Origin: Minisyncoccota bacterium
GTDB taxonomy: Bacteria; Patescibacteriota; Minisyncoccia; Phycocordibacterales; UBA6065
Direction: 5' to 3'
DNA length: 64,000 bases
Assembly: GCA_035546035.1 (NCBI GenBank)
Contig: DASZXC010000014.1
Location: 1,323 to 65,322, forward strand
Positions 55,613 through 62,500 of the stretch are shown piece after piece. Below the pieces are notes generated by a model. It searched no databases, had not been told where the DNA came from, and was given only the letters and a program-made list of their open reading frames with translations. How positions within the stretch are numbered: position 1 is the stretch's first letter; every line of letters begins with the position of its first letter. The position numbers were made by a program, and so were the translations under genes.

Positions 55613-56935
55613 ATGAAATCTATCCTCAAGAACATAGTCGTATCCATCATGACCCTCGAAGCAAGGGTCGCTTTGATGCGCCACAGACCCAAGGTCATCG
55701 CGGTCACGGGCAATGTCGGCAAGACGTCGGCTAAAGACGCCATATATGCCGTTATGGCGCACGTGTACGGGGAAGAGAGCGTCCGCAAGAGCGAGAAGAG
55801 CTTTAACAGCGAGATCGGCCTGCCTCTGGCGATCTTGGGCCTCGAAAACGGTTGGTCATCGGCCGCGCTCTGGCTTAAAAACATAAAAGACGGGCTTTTG
55901 GTGGCGTTATTCGGCTCGCGCCGCGGCTTCCCTGAATGGCTCGTGCTTGAAGTGGGCGCCGATCACCCGGGCGATATAGAGCGCGCGGCGAAATGGCTTC
56001 ATTCCGATATCGTAGTCCTAACGCGCATGTCCGACGTGCCGGTGCACGTCGAATTCTTCAAAGACGCCGACGAGCTCCTCCGCGAAAAGATGTTCTTGGC
56101 CCATGCGTTGAAGCCGGCCGGGACGATCGTCGTGAATGCGGATGACCCGCGATTCATGGAAGCGGTCAAGATGATCCCTGCAAAAACCATTTCATATGGC
56201 ACGGCAAAGACGGCGGACGTCGTCATGGCTGAATCGGAGATATCCTATATGAGCGAGCCGGTTTCGTTGCCGATAGGGCAGTATGTAGTCGTAAGGATGG
56301 GCGAAGAAGGCAAGGCCGTCGAAAAGAAGATCGAGCTCAGATTCGCCGTCGGCGACCATATCATGTATGCATTCGCCGCCGCGACCGCCGTTGCCAAGGC
56401 TCTCGGCATCGAGAATGCCATTCCCGATGCTTTCAAGGATTTCAAGAGCCCGAACGGCAGAATGAGGATGCTTAAGGGCATCAACGGATGCGCGGTCATA
56501 GACGATTCGTATAATTCCTCGCCGCTCGCATGCGCCGAAGCCCTCAAGACCCTCGCGAAAATGACCGTGCGCGGCAAAAAGATCGCCGTGCTCGGCGATA
56601 TGAAAGAATTGGGCGCGAATGCGGAACGGGCGCATCGCGATGTCGGGTTCCTTGCCGCGGAGACGCTCCATACTCTGGTCACCGTAGGGGAATCGTCGCG
56701 GTCAATCGCGTCTGCCGCGCGCGACGCGGGCCTTGCCGCCGACCGCATCCTCTCTTTCGACGATTCGGTCGCCGCCGCTCCTGCCGTCGCCGACATAGCC
56801 CGTGCGGGCGACGTCATTCTGGTCAAAGGCTCCCAGTCCATGCGCATGGAGCGCGTCTCGAAAGCCTTGCTCGCGCATCCTGAAAGGGCCCCGGAATTGC
56901 TCGTCCGTCAAGAAAAGGAATGGGTTGACAGGTAG
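55613..56935 (+). CDS. murF: UDP-MurNAc-tripeptide--D-Ala-D-Ala ligase
   Basis: VTGNVGKTS, FNSEIGLP, DDSYNSSP, LGDMKELG, LVKGS. Confidence 0.92.
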   Translation: MKSILKNIVVSIMTLEARVALMRHRPKVIAVTGNVGKTSAKDAIYAVMAHVYGEESVRKSEKSFNSEIGLPLAILGLENGWSSAALWLKNIKDGLLVALFGSRRGFPEWLVLEVGADHPGDIERAAKWLHSDIVVLTRMSDVPVHVEFFKDADELLREKMFLAHALKPAGTIVVNADDPRFMEAVKMIPAKTISYGTAKTADVVMAESEISYMSEPVSLPIGQYVVVRMGEEGKAVEKKIELRFAVGDHIMYAFAAATAVAKALGIENAIPDAFKDFKSPNGRMRMLKGINGCAVIDDSYNSSPLACAEALKTLAKMTVRGKKIAVLGDMKELGANAERAHRDVGFLAAETLHTLVTVGESSRSIASAARDAGLAADRILSFDDSVAAAPAVADIARAGDVILVKGSQSMRMERVSKALLAHPERAPELLVRQEKEWVDR

Positions 56936-57005
56936 GGCTGCGCTGATAGATTTGGTGCAGAGTCCGATATCACAGAAACCTTAAAATCAAGAAAGGAGCC
57001 TTTAT

Positions 57006-57458
57006 ATGGAAGCGATATGCGCGGATGTCCGCGAAGCGACGGTTTGCTATTTGTCCCGCGGTCTGAACGGCAGCGAGGAGTTCCTCCTCGGCAAGAGGAT
57101 GAAGCTCTTCATGAACGGGCGCTGGCAGGGTCCGGGCGGCAAGCTAACGCCGTACGAGCAATCGAACGGCCGCGCCGGCATCGTCCGATGCCTCCAGCGC
57201 GAGACGCGGCAGGAAGTGAGCGTCCTGGTGAAGAAAGAAAGCGCTACGCATATCGCGAGCGTCGATTTCCATCATTTGGAAGAGGCGGGCGGCGTTCTGA
57301 GCCACCATTTCCGGTGGCGGGTGCATTTCTTCACCGTCACTGCATGGGAGCGGAGCGCTCCGCATCAAACAGCACGAACTGACGTTCGTGCTGTTTTCCT
57401 GTTAAAAGGAAAAGGGCCCTCATTCGATGAGAGCCCTCGGTGTCTCGCTCCTGCCTAG
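57006..57458 (+). pseudogene. NUDIX hydrolase, probably 3'-truncated
   Basis: WQGPGGK...RETRQEV NUDIX-like box with insertion; after AWE the frame reads through terminator hairpins; TTGACA promoter and AAAGGAG SD. Confidence 0.55.
57367..57437. terminator. Two back-to-back terminator hairpins
   Basis: AAACAGCACGAAC/GTTCGTGCTGTTT (+ strand) and AGGGCCCTCAT/ATGAGAGCCCT (- strand). Confidence 0.7.
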
Positions 57459-57760
57459 CTCGTCAGGCGGTCCAGCTTCGTGACGATGTACCTCGTCGGA
57501 GGGACGATCCCGACGAGGAAGCCGAGATTGTACCATCCGCCGTTATTGTGCACTTCGTAGAAGTGCATCCTATCCGTGAAGAGCGATATGACGAACGTCG
57601 CAGGCGTGATCAAGCCGTGCCAGATCCCGCGCCAGAAACCGGCGATATGGCCGGCCCCGTTCGGGACATGCGCCGCAGGATTAGGACCCGCCGCGCAGCT
57701 CGATATGAGCGCGAGAGCGCAGACTACCGACAGGCCGAGCAGGATATTCTGCTTTTTCAT
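57455..57760 (-). CDS. Small lipoprotein/membrane protein
   Basis: Lipobox-like LISSC; GFWRGIWHG...YEVHNNGGWYNLGF motif; SD AAAGGAGG. Confidence 0.8.
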   Translation of the reverse strand: MKKQNILLGLSVVCALALISSCAAGPNPAAHVPNGAGHIAGFWRGIWHGLITPATFVISLFTDRMHFYEVHNNGGWYNLGFLVGIVPPTRYIVTKLDRLTS

Positions 57761-57851
57761 GCGTAGCCTCCTTTGATTGGATGTGTGAAAGCGAACTGAC
57801 TCGATCAAAATGATGGCATGCGGTCATGTCTGTGTCAATTATCTAGAGTTG

Positions 57852-57923
57852 TGACCCTACGGGGAATCGAACCCCGATTTAGAGCTTGAGAAGCTCCTGT
57901 CCTGACCATTAGACGATAGGGCC
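57852..57923 (-). tRNA. tRNA-Glu(CTC)
   Basis: Reverse complement GGCCCTA...TT-CTC-AA...GGTTCGATTCC...TAGGGTCA; CCA not encoded. Confidence 0.95.
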
Positions 57924-58002
57924 TTTGCTAGGGCGCCGCGACCGATGCGTTAGAGGATATCCGAATTTAACCTTATAATCAAGATTCAATCGTATTAAAC
58001 AT

Positions 58003-58350
58003 ATGAATATGAAAGCGACATTTTTCGCCATAGGCATGCTCGTCATCATAGCTTCGGCCGTCGCGGCGGGGGTCATGCATATGCCGAAAGCCCTGCCCGC
58101 AGACTCGACGCTTTCGACGAGCTCTGCAAAGGCGATGCCGATAGAAGACTATGTGAAGCTCTATATATCTGAACTCTCTCCGGTGAAAGAGACTCTCGGC
58201 GGCAGATTCTCCGTGACCGATATCGAAGCGCGCGGCGGAGCGGGAACCGTCTCTTACGAAGACGGCCATAACGCGTATGTCGCCGACTTCACGTATTCGA
58301 TAAGCGATATCGGAGGCGTGGACGTCAATTCGTTCGCGCTGCGAGACTAG
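58003..58350 (+). CDS. Conserved hypothetical exported protein
   Basis: N-terminal TM; ISELSP..LGGRF.VT...YEDGH motif. Confidence 0.75.
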   Translation: MNMKATFFAIGMLVIIASAVAAGVMHMPKALPADSTLSTSSAKAMPIEDYVKLYISELSPVKETLGGRFSVTDIEARGGAGTVSYEDGHNAYVADFTYSISDIGGVDVNSFALRD

Positions 58351-58360
58351 GCGTATATGA

Positions 58361-58397
58361 AAAGAGCGCCGGTAGCTTTCGCTACGGGCGCTCTCGC
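58361..58397. terminator. Terminator hairpin between convergent genes
   Basis: GAGCGCC.GTAGC-TTTC-GCTAC.GGCGCTC. Confidence 0.7.
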
Positions 58398-58405
58398 GGA
58401 GGAGG

Positions 58406-59083
58406 TCAGCACTCTTTCCTCCAGTTCCTTCCTTTCTTCCTGGGCTTGCCTGACCGGTCGATGTAGCGCGCTTGGCGGTCCACGTCGGTGAGGAAGGAGA
58501 ACGCTCCCGTCCTCGGCGCCGGCGGCGTATCGCCCATGAACTCGCGTTCGATCCGGACGTCGTCTTCCCGTGCCTGCATGAGCATCCGATTGACCTCCGT
58601 CGCCGTGCTCAAGACGGGCAGGGGAGCGGGATCCGCGAAGACGGGCTTTGACGGCCCTCCTTCGATGCCCCTCATCTCCTGCGTCACTTCCGACAGGATC
58701 CGGTATTCGCCGCGGTCGTTCAGTCCGGCTATCCACGAATTATGGCTCGCGACCTTGCTCACGTCGGACATGATGTCCTTGTGGGCCTTGTCGAACCGGG
58801 CCGCGGCGCTTTCAAGGAATTCATGAGTGAACACTCGATTGCGAGCCTCGTCCCATGCGATGTTCTGCCGGTCGCGATTCTTGGCGAAGTCCTTTTCCTG
58901 GGCGATCCTCCGGACGGTGTCGTAGAGGAACTTCAGGTATACAGGCTCTTTCTCGCGAAGGGGCTTCTCGAATGCGAGCCATCCCGTCCAGATGCTGGCG
59001 ATCCTCGCTTTCCGTTGCTGAAAGCGCTTCTGGTCTATCCTCGCCTCCCGTGCTGAAGGGGAGGCGGTCTTCGTCTCTGGCAT
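58406..59083 (-). CDS. Hypothetical protein (ORFan-like)
   Basis: 225-aa ORF with SD AAAGGAG and TATAAT upstream. Confidence 0.7.
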   Translation of the reverse strand: MPETKTASPSAREARIDQKRFQQRKARIASIWTGWLAFEKPLREKEPVYLKFLYDTVRRIAQEKDFAKNRDRQNIAWDEARNRVFTHEFLESAAARFDKAHKDIMSDVSKVASHNSWIAGLNDRGEYRILSEVTQEMRGIEGGPSKPVFADPAPLPVLSTATEVNRMLMQAREDDVRIEREFMGDTPPAPRTGAFSFLTDVDRQARYIDRSGKPRKKGRNWRKEC

Positions 59084-59190
59084 GATTTAGCTCCTTTGGT
59101 TGGAATTCAATGTGCCGAAAGCATGACTAATCTCCCTCAATTATACTACAATTGAGTTGCATTTGTCAACGGGCTGTGAAAGCCCGGAAG

Positions 59191-59643
59191 CTAGGCGAAA
59201 ATCTCGTCTACGACGGCCTTGATGTCGGCTCCGTCGGCCTTGCCTTTGAGGTCTTTCGATACGGCGCCGATCAATTTGCCTGCGCCGGATTTGTCCGCGA
59301 CGTTCAGCTCGGCCTTTTTAGCCAGGACCGCTTTGCGGATATCTTCTCTTGGCATGGAAGCAGGGAGGTATGCTTCGAGCACGGCGAGCTCTTTCTTTTC
59401 GCTCTCGGCGAGCTCGGGTCGGCCGCCCTTGGTGAATTGATCGATCGAGTCCTTGCGCTGCTTTACGAGGCGCTTGATGATAGCGAGCGCTTCTTCGTCC
59501 GTGCCTTCGTTGGCCGCGGACTTTTTGGCGATGAGCTCTTTCTGGATCTCGGCCTGGATGCCGCGCAGGACCATGGTGCGGATCTCGTCCTTGGCCACCA
59601 TCGCTTCTTTCGTATGCCCTTTGATCGTTTGATGGAGTGTCAT
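59191..59643 (-). CDS. GatB/YqeY domain protein
   Basis: KQRKDSIDQF..GGRPELAE.E..E..VL..YLP, GKADG. Confidence 0.93.
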   Translation of the reverse strand: MTLHQTIKGHTKEAMVAKDEIRTMVLRGIQAEIQKELIAKKSAANEGTDEEALAIIKRLVKQRKDSIDQFTKGGRPELAESEKKELAVLEAYLPASMPREDIRKAVLAKKAELNVADKSGAGKLIGAVSKDLKGKADGADIKAVVDEIFA

Positions 59644-59663
59644 AACAAAAGTATACTATAGCC

Positions 59664-60779
59664 ATGTTGAATGCGCCTCTCATCACGCTTTTTATCTTCG
59701 GAGCGCTCGTCGTCGCATTGAACGGCGCCGTCATATATCTCATGCTCCGCAAAAGGAACGAAGCCGGTCTCGCTGAAGCGAAAGGCGACGATACGGCCAT
59801 GAAGCTCTTGCTCGAGCAGATGAACGAACTCAACCGCACCGTGGACAAGAAGATGGGGGAGACGCACCGCACCGTCACCGATTCGATGAAGAGCCAATTT
59901 TCGGAGTCCCAGCGCCTTGTCGACAAATTCCTGCGCGAGATCACGTCCATGACGGAAAAGGTCACCCGCGTCGAGGAAACCGGCAAGCAAATGGTCGGTT
60001 TTGCCGATCAGCTCCAGAATCTGCAGGATATATTGAAGAATCCGAAGCAGCGCGGCGTTCTGGGCGAATACTACCTGGAGGCGCTTTTGAAGAACGTCCT
60101 GCCGCCCGGCAGCTATGAGATGCAGTATGCGCTGGGCAAAGACGACGAAGGCGCGCCCTTGATCGTGGACGCCATCGTGCGCGTGAAGGACAAGATCATT
60201 CCGGTAGACTCGAAATTCTCGCTCGAAAACTATAACCGCCTGGCGGAAGAGAAGAATGAGGCCGAGAAAGCGCGCCTCGAAAAGCTGTTCGTGAACGATC
60301 TGAAGAACCGCATCGTCGAGACGTCTAAATATATCAAGCCTGCCCAGGGCACGATGGAATTCGCATTCATGTTCATACCGCACGAGGCTATATATTACGA
60401 CTTGCTCGTGAACAAGGTCGGTGCCGTCACCGAAGAAACCGACAATCTGATCCAGCGCGCCGCGAATAAATACAAGGTCATCATCGTATCGCCGACGTCC
60501 TTCTTGGCCTATCTGCAGACCGTGCTCCAGGGATTGAAGGCCATGCAGATCGAAGAGACGGCAAAAGACATCATCCAGAGAGTGGGGGAATTAGGCAAGC
60601 ATCTGAAGACCTACGAGGAATACCATAACAAGCTCGGCAATAACCTCGCGACCGTAGTCAATCAATATATGTATTCGTCCAAAGAGCTTAAAAAGGTGGA
60701 TAAGGACGTTTTACGCATAACCGGTACCGCGGCAGGATTGGATCCTGTGGCTATAGAGAGGCCTGAACTGGAGGATTAG
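59664..60779 (+). CDS. rmuC: DNA recombination protein RmuC
   Basis: NPKQRGVLGE, PVDSKF, KYI, FAFMFIP.E, VSPT. Confidence 0.93.
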   Translation: MLNAPLITLFIFGALVVALNGAVIYLMLRKRNEAGLAEAKGDDTAMKLLLEQMNELNRTVDKKMGETHRTVTDSMKSQFSESQRLVDKFLREITSMTEKVTRVEETGKQMVGFADQLQNLQDILKNPKQRGVLGEYYLEALLKNVLPPGSYEMQYALGKDDEGAPLIVDAIVRVKDKIIPVDSKFSLENYNRLAEEKNEAEKARLEKLFVNDLKNRIVETSKYIKPAQGTMEFAFMFIPHEAIYYDLLVNKVGAVTEETDNLIQRAANKYKVIIVSPTSFLAYLQTVLQGLKAMQIEETAKDIIQRVGELGKHLKTYEEYHNKLGNNLATVVNQYMYSSKELKKVDKDVLRITGTAAGLDPVAIERPELED

Positions 60780-60859
60780 CCGGTCTATTGCCTTTTTAGC
60801 GCTTATATGCGATATTGAGCGTATCAAAAGCCCTTACAAGGGCTCTTTATTTCAAAAAC

Positions 60860-61213
60860 ATGGCTACAGCAAAGGCAAAAACGGCGGCAAAGACGGGCGC
60901 TTTCGCGGTCATTGCGACTGGCGGCAAGCAGTACAAGGTTCAGGTCGGCGACGTCGTAAAGATCGAAAAGATCCTCGGCGACCACAAAGTAGGCGGCAAA
61001 GTCGTCTTCGACAAGGTCCTTCTTGTCGATAACGGCGGCGACACTACGGTCGGCGCTCCATTCATATCCGGCTCGAAGGTAGAGGCGGAGATCAAGGAAA
61101 TCGGCCGCGACGCGAAGGTAACCGTTATCCACTACAAGCAGAAGAGCAAGTACTTCAAGAAGTACGGCCATCGCCAGCCTTTCTTCAAGGTAGCGATCAC
61201 CTCGATAGCGTAA
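60860..61213 (+). CDS. rplU: 50S ribosomal protein L21
   Basis: AVIATGGKQYKV and GHRQ. Confidence 0.97.
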   Translation: MATAKAKTAAKTGAFAVIATGGKQYKVQVGDVVKIEKILGDHKVGGKVVFDKVLLVDNGGDTTVGAPFISGSKVEAEIKEIGRDAKVTVIHYKQKSKYFKKYGHRQPFFKVAITSIA

Positions 61214-61217
61214 AAGA

Positions 61218-61268
61218 CTCATAAACAAAAAATCACCCGCCGAGCCCGGGTGATTTTTTGTTTATGAG
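61218..61268. terminator. 22-bp perfect inverted repeat, bidirectional terminator
   Basis: CTCATAAACAAAAAATCACCCG / CGGGTGATTTTTTGTTTATGAG with a 7-nt loop. Confidence 0.85.
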
Positions 61269-61351
61269 CCTAATGCAGCCGATGCAGCGACAATTGCAGG
61301 GAAGCGCAAGGCGCACGAAAGTGCGCCTTGCGCTTAAATCTGCTTTCTTTT

Positions 61352-61600
61352 CTAATCCCGAATGCTCTTCACCAAAAGTTTTCGCTTCGCGAGCTTTCGA
61401 GGCTTCGCTTTCGTCGGAATCGCGCCGACCTCGATGTCTTTGACGAGCTTCTCGAGATCCTCGGTCTTGTAGATGCGGTAGTTCGACATCGGATGCCTCG
61501 TCGTCGGGAGCTTTCCGCTCTTGTCCCAATTTCGAAGGGTCAAAGGAGTGACTCCCAGGAATTCTGCCGCCTCTTTGATCGTCATGAATTTGCCTGACAT
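61352..61600 (-). CDS. MerR-type HTH DNA-binding protein (82 aa)
   Basis: MTIKEAAEFLGVTPLTLRNWD..GKL...R...NYRIY. Confidence 0.9.
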   Translation of the reverse strand: MSGKFMTIKEAAEFLGVTPLTLRNWDKSGKLPTTRHPMSNYRIYKTEDLEKLVKDIEVGAIPTKAKPRKLAKRKLLVKSIRD

Positions 61601-61619
61601 TGGTTGTATAATATACCCC

Positions 61620-62195
61620 ATGGAAGAAACGCTCAAGCAGCCGGAAGGCGGCCCTATCGCGGAGCGCGGAATCTGGACCAAGAAAAACGTCCTCTCCGTC
61701 GCCCTCATCGCATTTCTCGTCGTCCTCTTCATACGCCTTTTCGTATTCGAGACTTTCTTCGTGCAGGGGGATTCGATGTCCCCGACCATATTGTCGGGTC
61801 AATTCGTGTTCGTGAACCGATTGGCATATATATGGAGCGAGCCGAAGCGCGGCGATATCGTCGTAGCCATCCCGCGCGTCTATCCGGGAAGGGTGGTGAA
61901 GCGCGTCATCGGCCTTCCCGGCGAGTGGTTTTCGATAGAGAACGGCGCGATCGTGATCAGGGATTCGCGCACGGGCAAGGGCGTCAATCTTGACGAAGCG
62001 TACTTAAAGTTACCTTATACTCCTGAGGTGGGAACGACCCGGACGAACATCGATCCGAAGGAGTATTTCGCCCTCGGCGACAACCGCGCCGAAAGCATCG
62101 ATTCGCGCGAATTGGGACCGATCGATCTCTGGAGCATCAAAGGAAAGGTTGTCGGCGCCTTTGACTTCAAGACCTTTAAATATAAGGCTTTTTAA
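61620..62195 (+). CDS. lepB: Signal peptidase I
   Basis: GDSMSPT, VKRVIGLPG, GDNR..S.DSR. Confidence 0.93.
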   Translation: MEETLKQPEGGPIAERGIWTKKNVLSVALIAFLVVLFIRLFVFETFFVQGDSMSPTILSGQFVFVNRLAYIWSEPKRGDIVVAIPRVYPGRVVKRVIGLPGEWFSIENGAIVIRDSRTGKGVNLDEAYLKLPYTPEVGTTRTNIDPKEYFALGDNRAESIDSRELGPIDLWSIKGKVVGAFDFKTFKYKAF

Positions 62196-62305
62196 GGGAT
62201 AGGCTCTAGTAAGGTTTATGAATGTTTATAAAAAAATAAAAAGCTTTAGCAAAAATTTATAAAGAAATACGTCCCTTTCCGGAATGCGCCATTCTTAATA
62301 GAAAG

Positions 62306-62332
62306 AAATCCAGGGTTAAGCCCTGGATTTTT
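62306..62332 (+). terminator. Terminator hairpin
   Basis: AAATCCAGGG / CCCTGGATTTTT. Confidence 0.65.
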
Positions 62333-62371
62333 CAATTCTCAATCGTCCCGTCCATCCATTCTTTTAGCGAT

Positions 62372-62482
62372 CGTATCGGTTCGAAAATCGTATCGATTGT
62401 CCCCAGAAAACAGCCCTATCCGATAGCGCTCCGCCCGTATAATGAACCCGTCTTCTTTTGAGATACCGATACGTCGTATCGG
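62372..62482. promoter_or_regulatory. CGTATCG repeat cluster, palindrome and -10 box
   Basis: CGTATCG at 62372, 62389 and 62475; palindrome CCGATACG-T-CGTATCGG at 62466-62482; TATAAT at 62438-62443. Confidence 0.6.
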
Positions 62483-62500
62483 ATAGAAAATAAACCAAAT

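Noticed and set aside
62196-62300. AT-rich tract as replication origin
   Set aside because: No DnaA-box cluster or dnaA/dnaN adjacent; more likely promoter-upstream DNA.
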